Assembly: GCF_004010195.1 (NCBI RefSeq)
Contig: NC_057748.1
Location: 27,433,501 to 27,492,687, forward strand
Direction of reading: 5' to 3'
DNA: 59,187 nt
Origin: Chiloscyllium plagiosum
Lineage: Eukaryota
Shown here piece after piece: positions 22,501 to 35,200 of this stretch. The translations under genes and the position numbers were made by a program. The notes beneath the pieces are model-generated. The model saw nothing but the letters and a program-made list of their open reading frames with translations. It ran no database searches and had not been told where the DNA came from. How positions within the stretch are numbered: the first letter of the stretch is position 1; each line of letters starts with the position of its first letter.

Positions 22501-25500
22501 TTTTATGGTCAGTGCATTGAGTACAGGAGTTGGAAGGTCATGTTGGAACTGTACAGGACATTGGTTAGGTCAGTTTAGCAATACTGCATTCAAATTCTGG
22601 TCTCCCTGCTACAGGAAAGATATTCTGAAACTTGAAAACATACAGAAAAGATTTACAAGGATGTTGCCAGGATTGGAGGGTTTGAGCTACAGGGCGTATT
22701 TGGAGAGGGTGCAGAGAAGGTTTCCGAGGATGTTGCCTGGAATGGAAGGTGCTCGCTGTGAAGAGAGGGTGAGTAGGTTAGGATTGTTTTCACTAGAAAA
22801 AAAGGAGATTGAGGAGGGACCTGATTGAGGTTTACAAAATCATGAAGGGTATGGACAGGGTAGATAGAGATAAGCTTTTTTCCCCAGGGTAAAGGATTCA
22901 ATAACGAGAGGTCACGCTTTCAAGGTGAGAGGTGAAAGGTTTAAGGGGGATACAGGCGGCAAATACTTTACACAGAGGGTGGTAGGTGCCTGGAATATGT
23001 TGCCAGCAGAGATGGTAGAGGCAGGCATGGTAGATTCATTTAAGATGCATCTGGACAGATGCATGAGTAGGTGGGGAGTAGAGGGATACAGATGCTTAGG
23101 AGTTGGGCGACAGGTTTAGACAATAGATTTGGATCGGCTCAGGCTGAAGAGCTTATTCTTGGGCTGTAAATTTTCTTTGTTCTTTGAGTGGCCAGTCCCG
23201 GAGCATTGGAGGCTGAGGGGTGACCTTATAGAGGTTTATAAAATCATGAGGGGATTGGATAGGGTCTTTTTTCCCCCAAAGTAGGGGAGTCCAAAACTAG
23301 AGGGGCATAGGTTTAGGCTGAGAGGAGAAAGATTTAAAATGACCTAAAGGACAACTTTTTCACGCAGAGGGTGGTACGTGTATGGAATGAGCTGCCAGAG
23401 GAAGTGGTGGAGGCTGGTACAATGACAACATTTAAAAAGTTAAAAATCACACAACGCCAAGTTATAGTCCAACTGGGTTATTTGGAAAAACTAGCTTCGG
23501 TGGTGCGTGGCAGGTACTCATGTGACTCAGCCAACATTGTCTATCTCATACGCTGCGGGCAAGGATGCCCCGAGGCATGGTACATTGGCTAGATCATCAA
23601 ATGCTACGACAATAGATAAATGGATCCTGATTCGGAGATGCCGGTGTTGGACTGGGGTGTACAAAGTTAAAAATCACACAACACCAGGTTATAGTCCAAC
23701 AGGTTTAATCGGAAGCACACTAGCTTCCAATTAAACCTGTTGGACTATAACCTGGTGTTGTGTGATTTTTAACTAAATGGATCCTGTATTCCTGATGAAG
23801 GGCTTTTGCCCGAAACATCGATTTTTCCTGCTCCTTGGATGCTGCCTGAACTGCTGTGCTTTTCCAGCACCTCTAATCCAGAAATAGATGAATGGACACT
23901 GCCAGACTGGGGTGTTGCTTCCCAGGTGGGGAACTCTTCAGCAGTCAAGCACATTCGGCCTTGGATCTTTGGGTGACCGTCCTCCAAGGTGCTCTTTGGG
24001 ATAGGTAACAACGCAGAGTCGCCGAGCAGAGGCTGATAGCCAAGTCTGGTAGCCATGAGGATGGCCTCAACTGGGACCTTGGGTTCATGTTACACTACAG
24101 GTGACCCTACTACACTATACACTCTCTCAGTCTCACACGCACACACTCATACGTACACACACACACACTTCCATACTTACACACCCATGCAGACTCTCTC
24201 TCATACATATGCTGTTTCGCAGACATACATACAACCCCCACACTCAAATCCACGCACACACCCTCTCACAGGCTTATACTCTGTCACAGTCTCGCACATA
24301 TTCTACCAAGCACGCTCACACACATGCATCCATACACACACACACACACATGCACATAAGTCTATGAGGTGAATTTGCATTTGCAGAATTATATTTTGCA
24401 GATATCTTCTATTTTGCTCAAAAAGCACACAATCTGCAGGAAGATTATCCATGTGATAGTTTGTAAATTCTTGCTTTTGGAAATCGAAACCAGTCGGACT
24501 CAAGACTGGAAAACAGACAGACTCTAACCTCACACCTTCAATGCACTGTCTTGAGCTGAGATGTCACCTTCTTTTAACAAAACCTTAAGTTATCTCGGGA
24601 ATGTGACTTGAAAGCATTTCTGGGATTTTCATATTAATGAATCAAAACCTACAACCCATTCTGAAAGATGAAAGACTTAACAGCAATCTCGGTTTGTTCA
24701 ATGTATCGCATCAGTTGTATGACACTGTGATATTTTGCTATAAATTCTGTGTCCTATGATCCTGCCCCACTAGCTACCTGGCAGAGGAGCAGCGTTCCGA
24801 AAGCTAGTGCTTCCAAATAAACCTGTTGGACTATAACCTGGTGTTGGGTGATTTTTAACTTTGTCCACCCCAATCCAGCACCAGCACCTCCTCACCATAG
24901 CTAACATTTAAAAGGCATCTAGATGGGTACATGAATAGGAAGGGTTTAAAGGGACCAAATGCTGGCAAATGGGGCTAGATTAATTTAGGATGTCTGGTCA
25001 GCGTGGGCCGGAAGGTGTGTTTCCATGCTGTACACATTGCCCTCAAACCCACCCCATAAACCCCGTGGGCGGCACGGTGGCTAGCACTGCTGCCTCACAG
25101 CACCAGGGACCCGGGTTCGATTCCAGCCTTGGGCGACTGCCTGTGTGGAGTTTGCACATTCTCCCCCCGCCCTCAAACCCACCCCATAAACCCCGTGGGC
25201 TAGCACTGCTGCCTCACAGCACCAGGGACCCGGGTTCGATTCCAGCCTTGGGCGACTGCCTGTGTGGAGTTTGCACATTCTCCCCCCGTGTCTATGTGGG
25301 TTTCCTCCGGGTGCTCCGGTTTCCTCCCACAGTCCAAAGATGTCCTAAACTCCTTGGCTCCTGTGTTTAGTGTCTCAGTAACTAAAAGCAAGTTTCTAAG
25401 CATTGTCCACCCTCCTCCTGCACAGTCCATTAGCTTTTCAGATGAATAGACCCACTGTGCACAGTTCACCTCGCCATTGGCCTGTGCACATTCTGAATCA

Positions 25501-25765
25501 CCCAAGTCCTGTTGTTTCTTTCAGAAATGTGCAGAGCTCATCGCATTTTGCAGCCCAGGGGCTAGAGGGGATAGCAGCAAGCAAAAGTTTTTTTTCATCT
25601 CTCTCTCTCTCTCTCTCTCCTGTTCCCTGCCCACCCAAGTCTGGTGAAGTTGCATGCCTCTCTGTCCTGTCCTCTTTTTGCAGGCTTGCTGCTCAGACAG
25701 ACCTTAATCAGTCCAGCGATGTGCACAGTGTCGTCCACTGTCGCCTCCCGAACACTGAACGCCAT
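19569..25765 (-). CDS. SAT2-like acetyltransferase, copy B (partial). Exons 25765-25703, 22126-22075, 19649-19569; exons 4-6 not visible
   Basis: MAFSVREATVDDTVHIAGLIK|ELAENENLSEQVTQTEE|GLIRDGFTEGPYYKCLVAEVPADQACQ. GT-AG sites and phases match copy A and the frame is open. It runs into the 500-N gap at 18657-19156, so intact gene versus pseudogene cannot be decided. Confidence 0.8.
20850..21930. mobile_element. Penelope-like element fragments (endonuclease region and 3' terminal repeat; inverted pieces)
   Basis: Translations PGTFPFHCRNCKTCAHTSPLTSIQGPKG and PVADHFNSPSHS are typical of the PLE zinc-knuckle/GIY-YIG region. Ends in a CTGATGA...GAAAC motif at 21840-21867. Confidence 0.75.
22450..23437 (+). 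mobile_element. CR1-type LINE fragments; 3' end resumes at 24903-25035 after a nested insertion
   Basis: [49 protein letters not shown]. Confidence 0.9.
23438..24902 (+). mobile_element. Penelope-like element nested in CR1
   Basis: GRYSCDSANIVYLIRC...WYIG is a GIY-YIG endonuclease motif. 11-bp duplication AACATTTAAAA (23427-23437, 24903-24913). Hammerhead-like motifs at 23792-23819 and, degenerate, at 24778-24806. Confidence 0.8.
25040..25345 (+). mobile_element. HE1-type tRNA-derived SINE with tandemly duplicated 5' part
   Basis: gggcggcacggtggctagcactgctgcctcacag...gggttcgattcc (A/B boxes) followed by ctgtgtggagtttgcacattctcccc; a ~130-bp segment is repeated. Confidence 0.8.
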
Positions 25766-26679
25766 ATCTCACCGAAATACAGCACAGTGCCTGTGCACCG
25801 CAGATCTCTCTAGGACCCAGCGGCGCAGGGAACCATTGGCCCGGGCGCTGCCACTGCAAAGCTGGGGGGGGAGTCTCGTTCATAAAATACACATCCCCCC
25901 ACCCAAAATCCAACAAGGATGATTATTTTCCCGAGGTGTCCTTTTTTCTTTGTCTAATTACAGTTCTCTCTTTATCGACACTTTTTTCTGCTGAATGCAA
26001 CTTTTAGAAGTGCCACTTCGATAGTCTCTCCCCCCCCACATCAGGTTGAAATGTCCGGACTCTGCCGAGCCGCAACAACCAACTTGCAGCCGCGGGGTCC
26101 TAGCGGCCGTCGCACTACCAAACGCACCCAACCGAACCCACTTCTCTCTCTCTCTCCCCCACCTACAGTCTCAGTCCCCCGCCTCCTCTACTCCAACCTC
26201 CCCACCCACACTTCCACCTTCTCACGTTCTCTCTGATACCCCTCTTCACCCTCTCAGAGACCACCAAAAGGAGAGGGAAAGGCCATTCAGCCCCTCGAAC
26301 CCCACTCAATGGCCAACTCAATCGACTTGCATTTGTATCATTTCTTTATTGTTAAAAACAAAACAAAAGTCTATTTCGGATTTAAAATAAGAACCAGAAT
26401 CAGGGCTGGGAAGGCCTCCAGTCCTTCTCCATCATTTGATTCAAATTTTTAAAAAAAGATTTAAAATTAACAACTGATTAATTTTTTAGTGACAAGGTTT
26501 AAAACTAACATCCACTGCCATTTGTGGGAGAGAGTTCCACACCCCTTCCATCCTTTGTGTGTAAATGTGCTCCCTAATATCTCTCCTGAATAGTCTGGTC
26601 CTAATTCTCAGACTATGCCTGCTTTTTATTTATGTGTTCAGTAAAGCTCCCTCTACGCTGTCCTGGGATGGACGTGTTG

Positions 26680-27085
26680 TCCCACTCTCAAGTAGTATGT
26701 TTACATACAGAAGTGGAAGGACACCACTTCGAATGGGACAACACATCCACCCTCGGACAAGCCAAACAGAGACACGCACGAGAATTCCTAAAAGCATGGC
26801 ATTCCAACCGGAACTCTGTCAACAAACACATTGACTTGGTTCCCACTTACCACCCCGTAAGAAGAAGAACAGGAAATGACATCACCACTGGAAATGATGT
26901 CACCAACCCAAGGAAACCTAAACACATTAATAAAAAGCGGGCCACACCACCAGTGCTTCATCCGGAGGCTCACTGAAGTTGTTACTGAGTATGGTGACAA
27001 AACATCTGAAAACAAACCTTCCAGCTCAGCGAGCAAACCTACATCCACAACCTCAACCCGAGCTACAAATCTGCTCAAAACTTGC
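26680..27085 (+). mobile_element. Penelope-like element 3' fragment (another family)
   Basis: GHHFEWDNTSTLGQAKQRHAREFLKAW resembles the PLE endonuclease C-terminus; followed by a terminal repeat related to 30575-31195. Confidence 0.7.
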
Positions 27086-27204
27086 TATCCCCAAACTAAT
27101 GTTAATGGTTAATCTTTATCTGCCCTGTCTTTTCCAGTTTGTATCTTGAAGATCAAGAGAAAACAGGCTTAATTTGTAATCATCTCTCCTCAACTTAACT
27201 CCTG

Positions 27205-27510
27205 AATGGTGGCTCAGTGGCTAGCACTGCTGCCTCACAGCGCCAGGGACCCAGGTTCAATTCCTGCCTCGGGCAACTGTCTGTGTGGAGTTTGCACGTT
27301 CTCCCCGTGTCTGTGTGGGTTTCCTCTGGGTGCTCCAGTTTCCTCCCACAGTCCAAAGATGTGCAGGCTAGGTGAACTGGCCGTGCTAAATTGCCTGTAG
27401 TGTTAGATGCATTTGTCAGGGGTGAATGTAGGGGAACGGGCCTGGGTGGGTTGCTCTTCGGTGTGGACTTGTGGGGCCGAAGGGCCTGTTTCCACACTGT
27501 AGGGAATCTG
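27205..27510 (+). mobile_element. HE1-type SINE, near full length
   Basis: tggtggctcagtggctagcactgctgcctcacagcgccagggacccaggttcaattcc head and CR1-like tail gggccgaagggcctgtttccacactgtaggga. Confidence 0.85.
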
Positions 27511-27575
27511 ATTTGTATGACGCTTTGTTCTTTTACCATAAATTCTGTGTCCTATGATCCTACCCCACTCGCTAC

Positions 27576-27604
27576 CTGACGAAGGAGCAGCGCTCCGAAA
27601 GCTA
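27576..27604 (+). ncRNA. Minimal hammerhead ribozyme motif (family 2)
   Basis: CUGACGA-A-GGAGC(AGC)GCUCC-GAAA-GCUA, with short helix I UAC/GUG. Confidence 0.55.
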
Positions 27605-29218
27605 GTGCTTCCAAATAAACCTGTTGGACCATAACCTGGTGTTGTGTGATTTTTAACTTAACTCCTGAAGTCCAGGTATCATTCTTCTAAACTTATGTTG
27701 TGTTCTCTCCGAGGCCAATAGATCCTTCCTGAGGGTCTGCTCACAGCACTTTTGAGTTGGGTTTTCCTGGCGTACGGAGACTTTGCCTTATCAAAAGAGG
27801 TTGAGTCGGTTGGGGCCTGTACTCATCGGTGCTTCGAGGAAGGACGCTCTTGTCCTCAAGGGAGTACAGGGAAGCTTTACCAGCTGGATCCCAGGGATGG
27901 TGGGACTGTTGTATGAGGAGATTGACTAGGTTAGGATTGTTTTCACTGGAGTTCAGGTGGGTTGGGGGGGGGGATCTTACAGGGAGTTACAAAGTTCTAA
28001 TAGGACTAGACATGATGTTCCCCATGGAGCGTGCTTCCGAGAACTCACAGTCTGAGGATTTGGGGTGGACCATTTAGGGTGGAGACGGGGAGACATTTCT
28101 ACCCAAAGACTGGTTGAATTCACTACTAGGGGGGGTGGATGATGCCAAAACATTGAATATATTCAAGGGGCAGCGAGATACAGCGCTTGGGCCAAATGGG
28201 ATCAAGGGTTATGGGGAGAAAGTAGGATTAGGTTATTGGGTTAGACAAGATTAGAGTGGTGCTGGAAATACACAGCAGGTCGGGCAGCGTCTGAGGAGCA
28301 GGAAAATCAATGTTTCGGGCGGGAGCCCTTCATCACGAGTTAGACAGTCAGCCATGACTGTGAGAAAAGGCCTCCTCCTGCTCCTACCTTCTATGTCTCT
28401 ATGAATCAGAGATGACCTTATTGGAACATACAAGATTCTTTGGGGGGAGGGGGGAATTGACAGGGTGAGATGTGGGGAGGTTGTTTCCCTTTGTGTGGGA
28501 GAGTTTAAGACCAGGGGACACCAGAATGAAGGCTGGCCTAGAGATGTGGTGAAATCTCTTCTCTCAGGGGGGAGTGAATCTGTTGAGTTCTTAATCGCAG
28601 AGGGTTTGTGAGGCAAGGTCATTCAGCACACACAAGGCTGGGATAAGTAGATTTATCATCTGGAAGAGAGTCGGGGATTGTGGGAAAGGAGTTGTGGATG
28701 ATTAGATTCTCATGAATGCTGGAACAGACTCAATGGGCCAAATAGCCTCATTCTGCCCCAATATCTGATGATCCCATGCCCCTTTCTTCACCCCTACAAA
28801 CTTTCTCGTGACTTACATTCTCTCGCATCTGACAAAATATACCCGTCAACTTGCAAAATGAGAATATCACAGATATCAGACAACAGGAAGTGTTCACTCA
28901 AACACAGGAAGCAACTTTGAAGAGGTAATAAGTTTAATCTCATTCAAAATTACAGTGCGCAGGACAATTGATCCTACACTAAGGGGTCAGTAACACCAAT
29001 GAACAGGTTATAGTGGATGTAAAAGACGAAGAGGACACTTGAATTAGTCAGTGAGAGATGACTGGGTGGCAGCAGATCACATGATCATCCTCCTGTAGCA
29101 TCACATGCTGGCGGGAGGCTATGACTGCAGCGTGACTGGTTTACATAGGGATTCCCCATTCTCCATGGCCAGGCTAGGATTTTTCTTGCAAACAGGGAAT
29201 TCTCGGTGTTCTCCCTGT

Positions 29219-32200
29219 TTACAGAGAGGGAGAGGCTGGGGCATTCTGCCCCTTTCCTCCTGCTAGCTTTTCCAGCTGTTCCTGCTCCAACCTGAACAGA
29301 TGCCAACCTTCTGACTTGGTCAGATCCACGGCCCCCTTCGCCTGGTAGAATTCAATGCTTGGAAAGTTATTATTCAGGACAACAAAGTTCAACAGGGAGC
29401 ATTTGTTCTGTCGTGCGACCTGCGAAAATGCACACAATTCATACGGGTCAGTGTGGGACATGTCCATTAGGTCAGTCAAACCATCATGATCACAACAGTA
29501 AAAAGCTCCCTTTACATCAAACCACCAAACACTCCCAGGGACAGGGACAGCATGGGGTTAGATACAGAGTGAAGCTCCCTCTACACTGTCCCCCCATCAA
29601 ACACTCCCAGGGACAGGGACAGCACAGGGTTAGATACAGAGTAAAGCTCTCTCTACACTGTACCCCTCCAGGGATCTGTGGACAAGCACCCCCCCCCCCT
29701 CCAAATGTGGACAAGCACCCCCCCCCCCCTCCAAAATCCCTCTGTCCCCGTGAATGTCCTCCCTTCCCTCCAAAAACTTGAAAGGGTTCAGAAAAGATTT
29801 ACAAAGATTTTGCCAGGTTTGGAAGGTTTGAGCTACAGGGAGAGGCTGGATCGGCTGAGTCTGTTTTCCCTGGAGTGTCAGAGGCTGAGGGGTGACCTTA
29901 TAGAGGTTTATAAAATCATGAGGGGCATGGATAGGGTAAATAGACAAGGTCTTTCCCCTGGAGTGGGGGAGTCCGGAACTAAAGGAACGTAGGTTTAAGG
30001 TGACAGGGGAAAGATTTTAAAAAGGTCCTAAAGGAAAACGTTTTCACTCAGAGGGTGGTCATGTATGGAATGAGCTGCCAGAGGAAGTGGTGGAGGCTGG
30101 TACAACATTTAAGTGGCATCTGGATGGGTATAGGTAGGGTTTCGAGGGATATGGGCCAAATGCAGGCAGGTGGGACTAGATTTATATGGAATATCTGGGT
30201 CAGCATGGACGAGTTGGACCGAAGGGTCTGTTTCCATGCTGGACAACTCTCTGAGTACTCTTTTGTGCTGTTGCTGCTTCCAAAATGCTACCACCTCACA
30301 GTTCATCAGGGTCAAATGCTATCTCCACTGACCTGGCCATCTGACCAATCTGTTGTTCGTCTCCTGTAACCTAATGCCTTCCTCACGCCTCGACAATCTT
30401 TGTATTATTTGCAAACTTACTTATCGCTCCCTCTCCCACACTCTCGCCTCGATCCTTTATGTATAATGCAAGCAATAATGGACCCAGCACTGATCCCTGT
30501 GGCACATCAGTGGACACGGGGGGGGGGTCCAGTAATACAAACAGCCTTCTATGGCCAGCCTCTGTCTCTTGTTAACGAGTTTTTGAGAAGGTTTGCAGCT
30601 CGGGTTGAGGTTCTGGATATAAGTTTGCTCGCTGAGCTGGAAGGTTCATTTTCAAATGTTTCATCACCATACTAGGTGACATCATCAGTGAGCCTCTGGT
30701 GAAGCACTGCTGCTAGTGACCCACTTTCTATTTGTTTGTTTAGGTTTCCTTGGGTTGGTGATTCATCACCATACTAGGTGACATCATCAGTGAGCCTCTG
30801 GTGAAGGACTGGTGCTGGTGACCCGCTTTCTATTTGTTTGTTTAGGTTTCCTTGGGTTGGTGATGTCATTTCCTGTGGTGATGTCATTTCCTGTCCCCCC
30901 CCGACATCACCATACTAGGTGACATCATCAGTGAGCCTCTGGTGAAGCACTGGTGTTAGTGACCAGCTTTCTATTTGTGTGTCTAGATTCCCTTGGGTTA
31001 TTGATGTCATTTCTGGTGGTGATGTCATTTCTTGTTTTTTTTCCCTGACATCACCACAGGAAATGAAATCACCAATCCAAGGCAACCTAAACACATAAAT
31101 AGAAAGTGGGTCACGAACACCAGTGCTTCACCAGAGGCTCATTGACGATGTCACATAGTATGGTGACGAAACGTCTGAAAACGAATCTTCCAGCTCTGTG
31201 CTCATCACGGAGCCAAATTTGGATCCGTCTTGCCAAATTACCCTGGACCCCCATAAGCTTTGACCTTCCTTATCTCTCTCCCACATACAACCTTACCAAA
31301 GGCTTTGATGTATTAAATGCATCAACCCTCATCTACGCAGTTGGTCACCTCCTCGAAAAAGTCAACCAGATTTGTTAGGCATGACTTCCCTCAGGCAAAC
31401 CCGCATCTCTCCAGGTGGAGATTAATTCCCTCCTTTAGGATTTTCTCCAATAGCTGCCCTACCACTGATGTGCGACTCACTGGCCTGATCCAAGAAGGAG
31501 GCAGATAATTCTCCAAACGGGGGCAGTTTAGGAAAAGCTGAGATGCAGCAAGACCTGGGTGCCATGGTGGAACAGTTGCTGAAGGTTGGCATGCAGGTGT
31601 AGCGGGCAGAGAGGAAAGCTCATGGCATGCTGGCCTTCATAGCGAGAGGGTTTGCGTATCGGAGTAGGGATGTCTTGCTGCAGTTATACAGGGCCTTGGT
31701 GAGGCCACACCTTGAGTACTATGTGCAGTTTTGGTCTCCTAGTCTGAGGAAGGACATGCTTACTATTGAGGGAGAAAGTGAGGACCACCGATGCTGGAGA
31801 TCACAGAATACTAGACTATTTACCCACTAAATATAGTGACATCCCATAAACACACCCGTGGGCAAAGGCAAATTCAGTACAATAGATTATCTCCATAAGA
31901 CATAGGAGCAGAAATTAGGCTGTCCAGTCTACTCTGCCATTCGAACATGGTTGACAGGTTTTTCAACCCCATTATCCCATTTCTCCCTGAAACCTTTGAT
32001 CCCTTTGGCAATCTCCATTTTAAATATATTCCCACAGATTCACCACTCTCTGGCTAAAGATGTTTCTGCTTATCTCACAGGCATTTCTAGCAGCAGGAAG
32101 AGAACCCTCAGCCTTTAGCTGGAACAGGGAGAGAGGGAAAACAGCTCCCAAAACCACCTTCAAGACCCCATCAACTGCTCCTGAAAGACTAAAACTGGCC

Positions 32201-35200
32201 CTGGGGGACCTTGACCCCACCCGTTCAGGCTGCTTCTATTGTCCTGACTGTGGAACGAATCCTGAGCTGTGGATTGGCTCTGAGCAGACTGCTTGGCACC
32301 TCTGTCTCAACTTTTCTTCATTAAAAACAAAGCTCGGACAAAACGCACCTCTTAATGCCACAGTGTCGTCCCACAGAAGTGAGGCTCTGTTTTAGCACCT
32401 CAGCCACGTCCTGTGGCTTCAAACCCAGATTGTCCCCTCATTCCATTGTGGACCCGACCCTCTCTCCCTGGTTTTCCTCTTCCCCTTTCCCATTCTTGGG
32501 ATCCTCCCTAATCTTATCTGCCTCGGATTTTCCTACGCTCCCTCTTCATCCTCCGAATGACTTCCTTTAGCTCTCTCTATGCCCTTTTTATACTCGTCTC
32601 AGGCCTCTTGTTGATTGCTTCCCTCTGCACCAGCTCAAAATCTCTCTCCTCCAGGAAAAGGTTTTCGTCTTACCTCAGCCACTTTGCGCAGTAACGCACT
32701 CCCGATTCCTTTACCTGAAACACAAGAAATCCAGTGAGATCCGCTCTGAATTCCAGGGGGTTGGGCTGCTGGTGGAGATGACTCAGTGCCTCTGTCTGTG
32801 GGGAGCAGACTGTACATACATTGAGACCCCTGTTACACTCGATTACGTGTGGCGGGGGGTGGGGGGTGGGGGGGGGAAAGATTCAGGCACAAACAGTCTC
32901 GGGGCTTGGACGTTCTAATGAGATGAGCCACCCCGGGACTCACGCAGGAATGTGATAGAGGGAAATGTGACCCCCCCGCAGCCTAGAGAATTAGGAGGGA
33001 CAGGGAAACAAAACCCCTGGGGACAAGGGTATTGGTTTTGATGTATGTCTTGTATGAGAGAGTGAGGGGGGGAGGGGAAGAGAGGGGGAGACAGAGAGAG
33101 AGATCACCATGTATTTACAGGGAATTCCACAGCTTGATATTGATGTAAATGAAGACTCTGATTGCTATTATGTTTGGTTGTTTGGCCTCACTTGACAGAA
33201 ACGTGAGGCATGGAGAGACAAAGGTGTGAGTAAAGGGAGAATGCGACAATCGAGATAGAGGCACGGAATAAGATGAACAGGCAAGATTAAGAGCAACATA
33301 GAAGACTGGACTTAGAAAATAATGACAACAGGAGTAGGCAATTCAGTCCATCATGTCTAATTTGAGTGATATTTATTAGGCCCCAAAATGGTGAAAATAC
33401 TTGGCTGAATGAGGATAGGTGCACAGCAGGTTACAAAAGGCAAATGTATTCTCTCAGGAAATGACAATAAATAAGAAGAGAATAGAGTGAGAACACAAAG
33501 GTAAAACAGATTAAAAAAAACAAAAAAACCTTGGAACTCGAGTGGATGTTGTCTGCTGTTTGAGTAAAAAAAAACTTCCATTCCGACTCATTCCTCCATT
33601 CCGAATCTCTCTCCTCTTTCAGGGGTCTGATGTTCTAATTGTTTGTTCAGAATAAAGTAATTCGTAATGGTTTGAAGGGTGGTGGAGAGCAGGCAGGCTA
33701 GTTGACGCCAAGATGAGATCAGCCATGATTGTATCAAACGATGGAGCAGGCATGAGGGCACCTTGCCCTTTGATCTGAATATGCGCCTATTTCTTCATTG
33801 TTGCATTCTCACTTTCAAATTTTAATTCTCTATGTTTCATGATTGGGTCAATAACGCTGTAGGGGGTGACAGAGATAGGGAGGGGGTGTAGGGGGCTGGA
33901 GGGGGTGACAGAGATAGGGAGTGGGTGTCGGGGCTGGTGGGGATGATGGTGATAGATCCGCAGCTGACAGAACTGGGCGAGATGGCGTCCGCTCACCTCG
34001 AAGCTCTTCCATCACATAGAGATCTTCTAAATACATCGCCCTGCCCTTCCAGTCCACGTAGCTGAAGAAATACAATGCATAGCCCACAACTGTGTGTCCT
34101 GGAAGCGGAGAAAGCCGCGTCAGTTTGCAAAAGATCTGTGAGAATGGAGCCTGTGTGCTCTGAACAACTCAGGGATCCTCTCCATCGCTCCACCCCGTTA
34201 CGTTCTGGTCGAGCTGTGGTATTCTTAGTGTTCATGATTGGAGTGCAGCCAATGTTCCAACTCTCCCTTCCTGGATCTCCCTTCAAACTCGATCCTCCTG
34301 AGTCCCCTCGAAGCCTGTCCCACCATCGACGAGGGGAGTGATGGAATACTCCCCACTCGCCCTGGATGGGGGCAGCTCCAACAGGAAGGTCTCCACCATC
34401 CATGACGCAACGGCTCAATTGATTGACACCGTACCCATAAACACGTGCTCCCTTCACACCGACGCTCAGTAGCAGCAGTGTGTACCATCTACAAGACACA
34501 CTGCTGCAATACCCCAAGTCTCCCTCACCAGCACCTTCCAAAACCTGTGACCTCCACCCTCTGTTCAGGGCTTGCAGAGTCCAGCCTTCATTGCCCGTCC
34601 TGAGTTGGTGGGAGTGTAGTTTGCCTCCTTTTTGATCCCCTGCAATCCCCCCCCCCCCCCCTCAATGTGAGACAGGAACAACACTCTTCATGAGGGAGTT
34701 CCAGGATTCTGATCCTGAAGGAACAGCCAATGTATTTCCAAGTCAGGATGGTGAGGGGCTCGGAGGGGAACCTGCTGAGGGGGTGCTGTTCACAGGGGCT
34801 GGATCTCACCGATTCCTGGTCAAATCCCATTCCAATTCTGTTCTACCACTCGGGTTCTCTCACTACCTCGCACTCATTCACTCCCTCTTCTTCCCTCTCT
34901 CTCTCTGACTGCCTTGAGATGCAGCCCTATTCTTATTAAATGTTGGGTTTCCAATGAGGGTTTGGGGTGGGGGTGCGGGGAGGGGTGCAAGTGANNNNNN
35001 NNNNNNNNNNNNNNNNNNNNNNNNNNNNNNNNNNNNNNNNNNNNNNNNNNNNNNNNNNNNNNNNNNNNNNNNNNNNNNNNNNNNNNNNNNNNNNNNNNNN
35101 NNNNNNNNNNNNNNNNNNNNNNNNNNNNNNNNNNNNNNNNNNGAGACAAAGTGAGAGAGAGAAATAAGACAGAGAGAGAGAGAGACAGGGGGAGACAAGA

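Noticed and set aside
27205-27270. tRNA-like sequence with A and B boxes
   Set aside because: It is the head of a SINE that continues into SINE body and tail, not a cloverleaf tRNA gene.
32850-32880. G-quadruplex-capable G runs
   Set aside because: Poly-G and poly-C tracts are frequent throughout the window and error-prone; no specific context.
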